A stretch of 64,000 bases of DNA, taken from assembly GCF_006345805.1 (NCBI RefSeq), contig NC_043003.1, positions 23,622,001 through 23,686,000 on the forward strand, in the 5' to 3' direction. The position numbers and the translations under genes were made by a program. The DNA is from Octopus sinensis (taxonomy: Eukaryota). The notes below the pieces were generated by a model, which was given only the letters and a program-made list of their open reading frames with translations, was not told the DNA's origin and did not search any database. Positions 25,112 to 40,375 of the stretch are shown in pieces (within the stretch, counting starts at the first letter, position 1; each line of letters begins with the position of its first letter).

Positions 25112-25666
25112 TTGGGTTGTCCGGACAGTGCGTGCCGATATTTTAAGGAAAGAAAAAGGTTAATAAATAATTGCCCATTACATTTTTAATAAAGCAAATA
25201 TGAACCATTTTCTTGCACAATGCGTCTCCATCTTTCCTTTAATTTGAAAATACGCACTTCCCAGAATTGAGGTGGTTTCATGGCAAAGACTTCATGGAGG
25301 TATCTTTTTACGTCATCTAAGGAATTGAAATTTTTACCATTAAGGCTATTGTGCAGAGACCTGAATAAGTGGAAATCCGAAAGAGCAATATCTGATGAAG
25401 ATGGAGGGTAGGGTAACACATCCCAGCTGAGCTGCAGCAATTTTTTTCTGGTTCCCAAAGCATCAAGTGCCGAAAATGAACTTTCTTATCTTCCAATTTA
25501 AAGGGTTACAGAATTAACACAGGTTATAGGAACATAGACCTTCTTCCACGAAAAGATAGCTTAAATGCAGGTGTAGTCAGATCCTATTTTATGAACTCTA
25601 CCATGTTCTAAAAAATGTCGAAAGGTAAACTACTATAAATCGGCACGAATTTTCTGGACAACCCAA
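25112..25666 (-). mobile_element. Second copy of the internally deleted mariner
   Basis: TA-flanked TTGGGTTGTCC..GGACAACCCAA termini; ORF 25186-25458 LSWDVLPYPPSSSDIALSDFHLF; same deletion junction as 7754-8319. Confidence 0.93.
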
Positions 25667-25786
25667 TAGTTTGCGAGGTCATGAAAACCCACATCTTATA
25701 AACCAAATGGATTAACGCCGAAACATGAGAGTAACCCAATATTTTTTAAGGTTTTTACAATACTGTCTACAACTACAAATTAGAAG

Positions 25787-25922
<136 letters not shown>

Positions 25923-26832
25923 GTGTAATTTCGAAATTATTCTAGCTATTTAAATGGCATAATATAATAAGAAATAAATAAATTTCTGTTTTCAAAATTA
26001 TGACTTATAGTTTCCATTGATACGCTTCGAACCACGCATAGTTGACTGTGTATTTTAAGATTAACAGCTTAATATTTACTCGAATACGGTAGACATTTCC
26101 TACAAAGCACAGGCAGGATAATTTAAAACTCTTTAAGGAATGCACAATATATTACACAGAAATATCAGTTAAAAGAATGTTCGCCGGGCATTCTGAAACA
26201 AAACTTATTATCAATGTCACAAGACTACCTTTGTCAATAAGAAAAACTAGACGCAAGAAGCTAACAAATATTACAGTAGGAACAGTCAGTGAAAATCATA
26301 CAAGATGCGAGAAACACCAGTATTCAGAAGTGAGCCTACATTAGCAAAGTGAATCAGCCAAGCAGTAGTTATAAAGTAGTGTCCATACAGCTAGGAAAAC
26401 AAAGATACACAATTACCCAATTTGATATCATTGACTACTAGCGATTCTTCACTAACCAGCTATTATTAAAGACACTAGATATCGCAACCCTCCAAACAAC
26501 TGTCAGATAAATTGATAAACAAATTCTACTACATGCAAGGAAATCGATGCAATTCTCAATTCTTAAATAATAGCGCACGGATGAGAAGAAAAAAAAAAGA
26601 GAGAAAAGAAATGTAGAACAAGTCTCTTTGCCGTAAGCATGGCAGTAATCTCTTAAAACGAAAGAGATTCTAAAAGAATACACAAACACGTACGCACACA
26701 TGCACACACATGCACGCACATGCGCACAGGCACATACGTATATGTACATATATATATATGTGTGTGTCTATGTATGCGTGTATATCCGCACATATATATG
26801 CAATATACGTACATACATATATATGTATATAC

Positions 26833-26914
<82 letters not shown>

Positions 26915-27414
26915 CTTATACTTACACATATATTATATATATAGTATCTATGTATGTGTGTATATTTGTATGTATATATATATATATATATATATGTACT
27001 TACGCACGTATGTATGTATGCATGTATGTATGTATGTAAGAATGTATATGCTTTGCAGGCATCTACCTGTTTCAAAGAGGCAATTAAATACCAGAGATTT
27101 TAAAGACAGAACAAGTAGAAACGCAAGCATCTCTGAGTTTCAAAGAGACGATTAAATATCAGAGACACACAAACTTCGAATAGAGGAAGCGCAAAACAAG
27201 GCCAAACATTCCATAAATATCAACAGAGCCATGCAATACATTTCTCAATTTTCTAAGCACTTACTTTCTTCGGTTAGGAATATGGGGAAACTTTTAACAC
27301 CATCTCACTGAAAAATAAGTTATTCTGTGTTTAAAACCTTTGAAAGAATTCTATCATCGATAAGTAATAATGCAACAACGAACTGTGCAACTCAATAGAA
27401 AATACCCATTTCCT

Positions 27415-27857
27415 AACTACCCACAAGAGGCTAAACACAGAGGGGACAAATAAGGACAGACAAACAGATTAATTCGATTACATCGACCCCAGTGTGTAAC
27501 TGGTACTTAATTTCTCGACCCCGAAAGGATGAAAAGCAAAGTCGATTTCGGCGGAATTTGAACTCAGTACGTAACGGCAGACGAAATACGGCTATGCATT
27601 TCGCCCGGCGTGCTAACGATTCTTATTTCTTTATTGCCCACAAGGGGCTAAACATAGAGGGGACAAACAAGGACAGACAAAGGGATTAAGTCGATTATAT
27701 CGACCCCAGTGCGTAACTGGTACTTATTTAATCGACCCCGAAAGGATGAAAAGCAAAGTTGACCTCGGCGGAATTTGAACTCAGAACGTAGCGGCAGACG
27801 AAATACCGCTAAGTATTTCGCCTGGCGTGCTAACGATTCTGCCAGCTCGCCGCCTTA
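27415..27857 (-). mobile_element. SINE family A dimer
   Basis: Reverse complement of head, core and linker, then re-entry at AGAATCGTTAGCACG and a second core and linker. Confidence 0.9.
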
Positions 27858-29385
27858 ACTCATTAGAACATACCAAACAGCAGAACAGAGGAATCGAATT
27901 GGCCACTAACAAAGCAAATACCCAGTCAAAGTAGATGCAGATATCTTCCTCACTCGAAAAATTTGCATCTGCAAGCATATTACATATAAAGAGAATGAAG
28001 ATGGCATTGATTATATTGAAATATCCGCTGATTACTTTAAGTACATACCCTCATACATCTAGATTATTACAAAAAAACATCATTCAGCACAAAATAGTTG
28101 ATAAATGCTGACTCTTATACATAGTAATGCCTCATACTTCCAGTTCAATTTTCTCCCGAAAAATTATCTGTGTGCTTTGATTTTCCTTTTATTTGTAGTC
28201 AAATTATGCAGGCCAATATTATTCCCTCAACATTTACTATTGAAGTTCTTTGTCAACTCATGAAAAATGATTGGGAAGATTATAAATCGATAATGGATTG
28301 TTTTACAAACCAAACATGTCATTAAGCGTCACCTTTGATGCTAACGAAGGTCATATGTCTCTTAGGTATATCTGGAGAAATATGTATACACTTTCATGGG
28401 ATACCTATCAATTCTTTATTTCTTTGTTCTGGGAGTCGTTAAGAATTTATTCAGTGATTTGAGGATTATGCATACATATATGCATTGTGTATGTGTGTGC
28501 CTATTTGTCTGTCTGTCTATCAGTGTATACATATATATTTAGGCATACAGTCGGACACACATCCACATATGTAACGCACGTGTGCACATACATACGTACA
28601 CAACATACATGGACACACATATACAGACATACACACATTTAAATTTGTGTATGTTTCAAGTTGTGGACGATAATGCTATATCTGTTTAAAAGGTATTTTT
28701 GCAAAAGCTTTCATCCTTTCGAAGAGTTCATTGGTTTTATATTTATTTCTGGAACTTAATTTTCTCATCGTCAATTGTACACTATTCTTCCGATATTGGA
28801 AACAGCAAAACTTTTCTTTTTTAGCTTCTATAAGAATACAAACACACGCACGTACAAACACTCACACTACACACACACGCACACACACACACACACACAC
28901 TCAAACACACACATGTATATATGAGGATGCATATCCGCTGGCTGTTCAATAGATATTGGGAAAAAGTTACTAGTTAGAAAGATAATTCTATTAAAGTAAT
29001 TAGGTAAGTATAGACTTTTGAAAAACAAAAACATGTTTGCTACAAATCTATAAGAAAGATTAAACGTTATATTTTCTACATTTCTTTCTCCTAGCTTTTT
29101 GCCTAGCTTTTTTTAATGCACTCGGTGACCTTGTTGCCTGCAAGTCATTAATCGCTAATGAAACAACATCAACAAAGAAACAGAATATCGCAAACACCTA
29201 TACGAAAGCTAGCGAGCTAAAACCTTGAAGTTATTATCATCATTCTCGTCGTAACTATGGAGTAAAAGCAATGAGTAACCATTTAGTTTAATGTAAACTT
29301 GTTTTAATAAAACCTTCCAAAGTTATCCTGTTCTCTTTGTTTCGATAGTATTTCGTGACTGCCTCAGGAAATTAAAATAGTAAAC

Positions 29386-29922
29386 GATCGTAGCCTTCTT
29401 TGGAGCTAGTGAATACGGATGTTTTCACTGCATGTTTTGCCTCTGTCTCTGGCTCAAGGTGATGAACCAACACTTATGCTGGTGTAGAAAAGGTTATAGG
29501 AAACCTGCTGAATTTGCTTCAAACACTGTCAGTTACTGCCCTCATGTAGCCAGTCTTGTGCGCTTTTGATCTTGTGTCAAACAACGCGCCATCCAACGAG
29601 CAGAAACTTTCGAAATGCCAACTTCATTGCGCAGAGTATTGTCAATACTCTCCCGGGATGATACGTTAATAGTACTAGCTCTTCAATTTATCGTTAATCT
29701 CCTGTCATCCATCAATATGTGTTGAATATGATTATATTTTCCTTGGTGTTGGCAGTTGCAGTATGTCCAGACGTTGGATCGGCTTCCTAAATACAGCTGT
29801 CTACTTTTGCACCGTTAATAAACCCCCTACATTTCCAAGCGTAACGGCACGAATGCCATTGTGGAGTAAAGCTTTTTCTGCAGGTACTCGATAACACCAC
29901 GGTGTCTATTTTCTTTTCTCAT
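29386..29922 (-). pseudogene. Mariner transposase relic (irritans/Himar-like), N-terminal half
   Basis: Minus-strand frames give [42 protein letters not shown] (WVPxxL motif) and CW(V)HHLEPET, with many stops and frameshifts. Confidence 0.8.
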
Positions 29923-30031
29923 TTTCAAGAGATATTGCAATTACATTTGAAATCTTCTTTGATGTGTTAGATTTCAGTTTATATATATATATACATATAT
30001 ATATATACATACATATATATATATATATATG

Positions 30032-30125
<94 letters not shown>

Positions 30126-30191
30126 AAAGTACACATGTATGTATATATATATACGTACATATATATGTACATATATATATACATGCTTATT

Positions 30192-30538
30192 GGTATTTCG
30201 TCTGCCGTTATGTTCCGAGTTCAAATTCCGCCGAGTTCGAGCTTGCCTTTCACCCTTTCGGAGTCGATAAATCAAGTACCAGTTACGCACTGGTGCCGAT
30301 GTAATCGACTTAATTCCTTTGTCTGTCCTTGTTTGTCCCCTCTATCTTTAGCCCCTTGAGGCGGTATCTCGTCTGCCTTTATGTTCTGAGTTCGAATTCT
30401 GCCTAGGTCGACTTTGCCATTCATCCTTTGAAAGCCGATAAATTAAATATCAGTTGCGTACTTAATCGACTTAATGTAGTCAACTGGTCCCCTCTCGCAA
30501 AGATTTTCGGGCCTTGTGCCTAGAGTAAACAAGAATAT
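30192..30538 (+). mobile_element. SINE family A dimer, head-truncated
   Basis: Two cores; starts at GGTATTTCG and ends in the GGCCTTGTGCCTAGAGTA tail. Confidence 0.85.
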
Positions 30539-30584
30539 TTATAAACGCACACACGTACACACACATACAAACACACACACACAC

Positions 30585-30669
<85 letters not shown>

Positions 30670-31832
30670 TATATAAGGGGGCGTTGCTTGTGCTTGTATC
30701 GGTGTGTGTATTGATGAGTGACGGTGCATTCATTTATGTATAGATAGATCAATATCGAAGTGTCAATTAACATACATCGAAATTTATTAATTTATTAAAA
30801 TTATCTCTACTCCTAGAGAGTGCACCATACTTTTCGAATGACTTGCTTTACTTGGGAAGTGGGGGAAGATCACAAAATTGATGATCTGCTATCAAAAACA
30901 AGTTTATTGTCTAAAATTAAGAGGACAGTCGTGGACATGTGATTCGGACTAAATGCCCATCAAGTGAACGGCGTACATGTATGCACGTATCTTAAATGTG
31001 TGTATGCATATACATCAATGGAAACGTGTGTGAGAGTGTGTAACTGTGTATGTGTGCATGTGTGGAGGGTGTTTGTGTGTGTCTGTGTGCGTAGATCGTC
31101 AATACGTTGACACATCAGTGCTGTCTTTATCGTGGGTTACAGTGTAAACTCCGTTTTTCTATACAAATACGCGTACATGCGGTAATATAACGTGCACGCT
31201 AGGTTTTTGTCTTCTGCAACAAATGCCTTTTGGTGGGCTTGTATGCAGTATAAGTAGAATCAAAAGGTATCCTTTGAGCGAACACTCACAGAAAGCAGGT
31301 TACTTCTAATCACGTTTTTAAAAAGAAAGAAGCAATTATGTAAGGCATTCCAAGATAAACTGTATGAATAAAGGAGAGAATTCTCTATACCTTTCAATAT
31401 ACGCGTGCTTGTTTCGTACCCAATCTGGCGCTACATCCCGGCAAACAATACGATTACCACTAGTAATATATTGGTTTAGATTAGTAATTACAAAATTACT
31501 AATATTTAGAGGTAAAAAAGATGTTAACCAATGTTATCTGCACTATACAGAAAACGATACAGAAATGAAAAGAAAAGCATTATAATCTTAATTTATGGTG
31601 TAGTAGTTATTCTCTGTGTAATCACTAACCAAGCGAAGGACCTACTGACCTTGGTAACAAATCAAAATGAAATATTTTTATGTTCGACTTAATGGAAAAT
31701 AACACTAAAAAAATGAATAATCAATCTACCTCTTAATTTCACTATAGAAGTTGTAATGTTATTCGTGTGTATATTAATTCATGAAACAAACTAACTATAA
31801 CCATATCATTTCTGCATATATAAATGCATGTA

Positions 31833-31878
<46 letters not shown>

Positions 31879-32632
31879 TATGTATATGTGTGTGTATATG
31901 TGTGTGTATGGTGTGTGTGTGTGTATACACACACTCAACCTCCACATATATATATATATATATATGTATATGTGTGAATATGTATATGCATATGCACATA
32001 TAAACGTATATATATTTATATTTACATATGCGTCCATATATATATATACATACATAAATGCTTCTGTACACACACGCACGCACACACACACACATACACA
32101 CACATATATATACATATAAACATATGGTGCATATTTGCAAACATACACATTTGTATATATGTACATATATATAATTATACACACGCGCACATTAGTATGT
32201 AGGTAACCCTTCAGAATTGACATCAAACTAAAATATTAAAAGCAAATAAAACTATATCCTTTTTATATATAATTACATTCAAAGAAGTAATTAAATATAA
32301 AATAACACCAACATAAACAAATATATACAATATAAATATAAAATTCAAATTTGTTAATCACATCCTGCAGTTCAGAGATATCGATCATATGTTTTGAATC
32401 TTCCATCCCACCCCACAAATATCCTCTAAAAATTTGAAAGAACACTTTGGTGGATGAAAAAGCAATTTCAAAATAAACCAATAAAATTCAAACATTTTCA
32501 AAAAAAAATTATTCTTTGAAAACCTCATAACATATCACTTTCTTTTAATCCATCTTTTGAATAAATGTTTTATCAATCGATTTTTGCTAGCGTCCTCAAT
32601 ATTCAATATTCAATAAAATCGTACGATGATAC

Positions 32633-32633
<1 letters not shown>

Positions 32634-32710
<77 letters not shown>

Positions 32711-32717
32711 CATGATA

Positions 32718-32749
<32 letters not shown>

Positions 32750-32824
32750 AATGATGATGATGATGCTGATGATGATGATGATGATGATAATGATGACGAT
32801 GATGATGATGATGATGATGATGAT
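32634..32824. repeat. (TAA)n-(ATG)n compound microsatellite
   Basis: Directly visible. Confidence 0.96.
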
Positions 32825-33807
32825 ATTTTTATGCCATTTTCTGTGTTTATTGAAATACCAGCGTCAGAAATAAGACAAATTCAGCGGAAATTAATGATCG
32901 CAAAATTACAAACTTTAAGATTCAGATAAGGATTTGTTTTATGATATTTATGAAGGAAATTTTATAAATATTTATCTGCGTATATTACAACACAGGTGAT
33001 AAAAATGTACACACTCAGTGACATACGAACACACGAACACGATTGATTTTCTTTCTATTATATTTGTGTATGTGTGTATTTATGTGTGTCTATGTGTGTA
33101 AATGTTCAAAATAAGGTTATTTCAAGGCTAATTAAAGAATAACAACATAACATTTACTGAAAGAAAGACCCAATAATGGGTGTGCAGTGAACTGTTTTAT
33201 ATAAAATCCATTCTGCCTGTAATGTTAAGTTCCACTCTATAGATTATCCAAACGGACCGCTTGGATCATCACCATGTAAGTTTTAATACTCAAGTCAGAA
33301 CATATTTTATGGTATATATCTAGATGATTATAAACTCATATAAGTATATATATATATACATACTCACACACACAAACATGCTAATGCACACACATATACA
33401 CCTTGCTAGATAGATAGATAGATAAATAGATAGATGGATACATACATATATACGTATACTTTCATAATACATATGCATTAATTCGTATTTCCATACGTGT
33501 TTGTGTTTCCCTTTGCTAGTCTGCCTTTGTGTGCATATGAGTATAAGTCTATCACCAAAAAGTACGCTCACCCAATGAAAAATACGTCATAATCTCAGAC
33601 TTATGTTTGACAAAGATTTGATTTATGAACGAATACGCAACAGTGTAATTGCAACTAATTGTATATCATAAATATTTTGTTTTGAGACTACCAATTTTAA
33701 TATAGTTCTTGAATACAATTACAAACTCTTTTTCGTTAAGGTGAACGTTTCATTACGTTTAAATTATTGTATCGTTAGTAAGAACATTTTAAATATCTAA
33801 ATATTTA

Positions 33808-33960
33808 GGCGCAGGCGTGGCTGTGTGGTAAGAAGCTTGCTTGCCAACCACATCGTTCCAGGTTCAGTCCCACTACGTGGCATCTTGAGTAGTTATCTTC
33901 CTTGCGCTGACCCAAACCTTGTGAGGGGATTTGGTAGACGGAAACTGAAAGAAGCCCGTC

Positions 33961-34000
<40 letters not shown>

Positions 34001-34121
34001 TTGTGGATCTGTGTTTATCTCCCTACCATCATTTGACAACCGATGTTGTATTTTCGATCCCGTAACTTGGCGGTTCGGCAAAATGGCCCAATAGAATAAG
34101 TACCAGGCTTACAAAGAATAA
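33808..34121 (+). mobile_element. SINE family B, 3'-truncated
   Basis: Head, core, internal (TA)n and part of the 3' half. Confidence 0.87.
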
Positions 34122-34399
34122 TAGAATCTTTGTTTGCTACAAGACAGAAAGTTTGTGACGGCACTATTCATCACTAAGTGACTGTATTGTACGCCACATC
34201 ATTGTACTTAACTGACTCTATTGGAACGCATTATATCACAACATTCGAACGGGTCTCTGTTCTGAATGTAACTAAACATTCATGGATTATTCATCCTTTA
34301 CCGACATAAGTCTCTATGATCAAACCACGAAAATTACTTTTGTGATGTGTTACGGTTTCTGCTTAAATGCATAAGAATTGTAGAAATAATATTGCAGAC

Positions 34400-34530
34400 G
34401 ACGTCGACTTTGCCTTTCATCATTTCGGGGTCGATAAATTAATTACTAGTTGCGTGCTGGCGCCGATGTAATCGTCTGGCCCCTTCCGCCCAAAAAAGTC
34501 AGGCCTTGTGCCTAGAGTAGAAACGGATAT
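34400..34530 (+). mobile_element. SINE family A, 5'-truncated
   Basis: GTCGACTTTGCCTTTCATC..AGGCCTTGTGCCTAGAGTAGAAA. Confidence 0.85.
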
Positions 34531-37500
34531 TTTGTTAAAATGGCTGCAATGAAACACATATATTAAAAAATAATTTCAAAAATACATCCTTCTGGAGGTA
34601 AAATTTTATAATTTAGTTTTTGAAATTGCTTCTTCCTTTTCAGTATAAAGCCTCGTTGACACTAGCATGAGGTACAAATTAAGGTAGAATCAGAGTGGCA
34701 ACCAACCAACAAGGAGTAAGTATCGTTTGACCGAAAAGAATTGCTAGTATAATACATCAGTAAGTATCATTTGACCGAAAAAAATTGCTGGTATAATACA
34801 TCAGTAATTTTTTCCAATGCTTAATGAAACAATAGTGTTGAACAACGAATCTATAACTGGTAAAATTTATATATAAATTGAAACTAATTTAAAAGTTCAA
34901 CGTAATATTTGACATTCATTTTGAATTTAATGTTTGTAATTACAATTGGTAATTAACAAAATCAAGCTCTTGACGAAATGGCGAAATGGGAACGTATCAG
35001 AGAGTCAGCTTTGGGTAATCGATGATACTACACAGCTCTATGTTTAAAATGTCAACAACCTGTAACTGTAACTCACATAGAGTAGTAACCACTCTTATAA
35101 GGTTTTCATGTTTCTCAAAACAGGTAACTTCAGGGTTACAACGAATCTTTAGGTATATATTCCTTTATTTACATGAAATATTAAACATTAGCATCAGAAG
35201 TAATCGTTACAAAAAGTTATTATGCAAGTATCAATAAAAAAAAAAAACAAATTGTGAATGCATTACTTATCCAGGTAAAAGAAATGTAACTGTGTATAGG
35301 AAGTGATAGCTCCTATATAACTAAACCATTTTAATTTGTTTTCATTTATGGAAACTTACACTGAAACTTCTACAATGTGAAAACAGCAATTTCGCATAAA
35401 CTTACTGTAACAGCTTTACGTAATTAGGAATTTGCAATTTTGCAAAAATTTCAGTAAGTTGTTGGTCATAGCCCTTAATGAAAAATAAGTAGATAAATCC
35501 ATGTAAATTTTTAATGAAAGTGTTTACTATTTTGAAATTATGTCAAGATAGAATGTTTCATGTACTTTCAATATTTCAAAGTTTTAACTGTCATAGAAAA
35601 AAATAAGTTTCGACTGCAAATTTGTAAACATTTTTCGCATCTAACTTTATCAGTGTATGATGAATTGGCTGTAATTGATTCTTTAATAAAACAATATTGC
35701 AATTATTATTAACATAGATAGATAGCTAAGAATCATATGGAAAATATGAAGCGTTTGAGTAATGCGTACTTTATGTTAATAGTATTTATTATTTTCAAAA
35801 TAAGATTAGTTTTATTATTTTGTATAAAGATAATGAAGTTTGAAAAATTGCAATTTTATAATTATTGCACCTGTGTAATATTACTTAATATTACGCCGAA
35901 AAAGCAATTATATAACTGCATTAAAATATCGACATATGATGGTTTGCTCTATTAATAATTCTAATTCTTAGTGCAAGGTAAATTATTATATGTTCTCAAA
36001 ATAAAGTTTAATATTATATAGTTGATATTTAAATATTACGGTTGTTAATTATAACATGTATATCGCAAATGCACGGGTGATAAATTAGTTTTCTATAATT
36101 GTATTGTGTTTAATTAATTATTTTATAATTTAGTATTCATTTCAATATAGTTTATAATAAGCATTATAAAATATCAATATAGCTTCATTGCAAGTATAAA
36201 ATGAGAAATATTTTTCTTTAATTTTAAGTTAACTATATTAAAATTACATCATATTCATTATTTGCATCAAGATATCAAAATTTGAGGAAAATAAAATACT
36301 GTACCAAGAAAAGAATTTTAATATTTTTCAAAGAAAAATTGATTTCCCAGTCAACGTATTTTATTAACGATACACGTCGTTGATAGTTGGACATGCAAAA
36401 ACTTACATTTATTGTAAGTTGATAGTTGAATAGTGTTATTGTTATTGACAACATAAATATGGAGAATTTATTTTGTATTTTATGATGTTAACTTAATAAC
36501 TATTTGTATTTTGAAAAACAAAAACAAAATAAAACATATTCATTTCAAAATTTATATAAGCGTAAAAAAAACGATTCAAGTTAAAATTAAAGTTAAAACA
36601 ACATTTTGTAGTTAGGGCATTACAAATATCAAATTATATTTGTATTGTCCTTCGTGACCTAAGTCCTTTTCACCTACCTACAACAGAAGCCGATATATGT
36701 GTATATATTTAATATTTCTACTCCGAAGTTTTATAATCCATTAAAGATATATACGTTTTATTGGGTATGTTCGGATCGCATAAGAAAAAAAAGCGGGGGA
36801 GAAAACAATTTCTTAACTGCTCAACGGTAATGTATTCTAGGTCTTCAACATAATGTAATTTTCCCGGCCTGTATGGGACATAGTTTTAAACTTACTCCAA
36901 CCACCGTGCCTGTATATCACGGATAAATTTCAATCGAATTACTGAAACGGTGTCCCAATTTTCTAAAGCCATTTATGAATATATGAAGTATTAATTACTA
37001 TATTTAACACTAAGATTGTAAATGGAAACCTTACCGCAATTTGTGTTGCCGAGATCATGTTTTAGTATTTTCTTGTCTTAAAAGTTAATTGTTTTTTTTT
37101 CTCCCTTACTCTCGTTATTCTTAATCAAAAGTTTAACAAGCTTGTTAGTCGAATAAGAATTTTCTATTACTCTCATTTTCATTAATATTTTTATGCTCCA
37201 ATAGATCTTCTTTCAAAATGCACATTGTGTACATTTTATTCACAGTCCGAACAATCTTATTTAACTTTAATCAACCGTCAATGTTTGTTTTCTCTCATAT
37301 ATTTTTGTAAATTGTAATGACTTTTCTTCATTCAATCATAGTTTTACCCAAGCAACTTCTAAATCTATCGAGAATTTGTCATTGCTTTAAAATAATCGTT
37401 AAAATTAGTGTGTTACACCTTTTCAGTAAACGAGGAATATTTCTCTATTTGTGTTTGATTTACTGAACACTTTTTGTATCACTCCCGCACTTTTCAGTTT

Positions 37501-38904
37501 CTTACGAGCTCTTTGCTTTAGAATGATCTTGTATGACTATGATGGAAGAGATGTCCGCGCAATACAAATCATATTTCAACTATATATGACAATTTTTAAA
37601 TCTAAAGCTGTTAACATCATTTAACTCTGCTTTACATATTGTGAAATATATTTTTAATATTTCTCTATCATTCTTCTTCAAAACATTGTTTTTTCTCTAT
37701 CATTCGAATCTCTCCATCTCCCACTTCAACGTTGAACGTTGCACATACTAATTATCAGTTAATCGAATAATATTCTCTGTTGCCCCTCAACGTTTTTCAT
37801 CCTCTTTTACATATTCTTATTTAGTCATTGACATAGCCATGTAATATGTCACTCTAAATTACATTACAGTGTGCGCATATTTCATAATCTTGACACTGCC
37901 GACTTCATTTTACATTGTCATGAATTACTGTTTTCACTGGTTTGTCAGCCGAGAAGGAGATTTATAACAGAAGTCTCTTAAAGTGTCCAGCCAACATCTC
38001 GAGATGTGGTTTACTGTATTGCACTGCAGTTATCATTAACCCACTCTAGGAACTATTCTGTATTCTGAGACCTTCATAGGAATTATTTTGAATAGCACCA
38101 ATTACAGTACAGGTAGTATCTCTGTTTCTATTTCACATATATTTATGTCATAATTTTTCCTTTCCAATATTCGTAGTAAGTCAAAATAATCTATGAAATG
38201 TATTTTTACCTGGATCAACACAAGTTAGTAATCTCGACATATTCTTTTGATTTAAACTAAAATCAAAATACTTTCACTAAAGTTCCACTAGTCATGTCCA
38301 GCTGAGGCAATTTACTGAAACACATACTGGTTATAACAATAACTCTAATATTTTGAGTAAATACAAAATATTCTTAAATGTAGGCAGTCACTGCTTCCCA
38401 CTGGGAAAATTTACTAATGGATGTTTGTATTTTTAAAGTATGCTTTCTCTTAAATGATAATCGCTAATTCAAGCTGAGAAACTTTACTGACATAAAGAAC
38501 ACAAACATCGTTGGTATTTCGAATATTAATAAAGAGAATCATTCGCATTGTCTGCTTTATTATTCTTAAGTAGTTTATTAATTCAAAATATGAGCAGAGT
38601 CTATTGCTTAGCGATGAAAATATGTTTATTGTTTCTCGCTATTTACGATTTATGGACTCTATTCAGAGAAATATTCTTTATGTTTTCTTTTCCCATTACT
38701 TGACCAGTAACTTCATTACCGTTCTTTATGGCTAATCTCAGAACATTTAACTATTTAGTAGAAATTTGATTTCTATTTAAGTAAATCAAATTCATTTCCA
38801 GTGTGTTCATAATTATTAGTTAGGTTGTCTAATAGTAAGTAGCATAATGAATTACCTAGATCATATATTGCATATTATAAATTAGAAATATCAAGGTCTT
38901 GATG

Positions 38905-39107
38905 TAAGGTGGCGAACTGGCTGAGTCGTTAGCACGCCGGGCGAAAGGCTTAGCGGCATTTCATCTGTCTTTATATTCTGATTTCAAGTTCCCTCGAGGT
39001 CGAATTTGCTTTCCGTCCTTTTGGGGTCTAGAAAATAAGTACTGGAGTTGATGTCATAGTCTTACCTCCTCCCCCGAAATTGCTGGCATTGAGCCAAAAT
39101 TTGAAAC
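38905..39107 (+). mobile_element. SINE family A monomer (variant tail)
   Basis: Head TAAGGTGGCGAACTGG, core, tail CCCCGAAATTGCTGGC..CCAAAATTTGAAAC. Confidence 0.82.
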
Positions 39108-40375
39108 GAAGGCTAATGTCGTGATCACTGTGGGAATACTCAAATATTTCATACAATTTCTTAGCGTTTCAACCCTTGGTAGTTGTTATTCGTTTCATCT
39201 AAGGTTGAACATTGCTTTAATAAGAATAATGTGACAGATTGGGTTCAAATCAATATGAGATGCTTATTGAATTTTAAACATGATTTTTTTACACTTCAGA
39301 TAAATGTGGTAGAGCAATTAGCATTACCTCTGGAATATTATTGCACGAAAACCTCATGTTCCAGCATTAGAACCAACTTTACTAGATTACAATATGACGA
39401 CCGTATAGTTTCATTTCGTGCATTGGCAACCTATTTTCTTAAAACATTGATTGCACTCTGTGATTTACCGTATGTTGTCTAACAGAACCTTTAGTGCATG
39501 GAACAAAATTCAAGACGGTTTTAGAATGAAATTTAAGAAATTCTATGGTGGTTATTTTCTGACTTATCCCGATCGAATCTGTAATATAGAATCTGTTAAG
39601 CTATCATTACAATATAAATCATCGAAGTCTGTTTGATATTACACTGTTGTCATTTCAAATATTTTTCGTTATTTACGTGTATCATTGTAAATTGTTTCTT
39701 GCTCATTTGTTTAACAGGAAACTTAATACATAATTTTCTTGTAATTCTCTTCAATCTCGTGATCTTCATTATTTTCGCCAGTTGTCCTATCGGGACATTC
39801 TCGTGTCATTTTCATAATTAGGTGGTGTAATTAGACGTGCTGGAATATGATTCAGAGTAATATCCTTGGTTGTTGATTACTGAAAGATCAATATTCTTTA
39901 TCGATTTATTTTATAGTATCACAATTTTATTATATTGCCTGAGTGCAAGAATTCCTCCTGGCACTTGTTAAATCCTCTGACAATTATCATCCGACATTTC
40001 TTCAACATTTTGTTTTAATTTTTGCCATTTTAGAGGATACTATTCTCCTACCTCCTTGGTTGAAATTGCAGTTGCTTTATTGTATCAGAAAACAAGTTAG
40101 CTGTTGATATTTTAAGGCCAAATATATATCTATGTATATCATGTATTTATTTTTAAAATGTTTCAAATGAATATTTTATTTTGCTATCGTAAAATTTCAT
40201 ATTATTTATATTTCCTTCATTATATTTTTTGGAAATTTTGCAAAGTATTTGTTTCTGTTAATTTCTCTACAACGAAATGTTAACACACACGTTATTGATT
40301 GTCAGTCTTGCTCAAATTTGATGGAATAACTTTTAAAAAGGAATTCGATAGTTCTTTTCTTTATATATCACGAGT

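Noticed and set aside
39183-39821. Cluster of short non-repetitive ORFs
   Set aside because: No recognisable motif on either strand and many stops; BLASTx would be needed.
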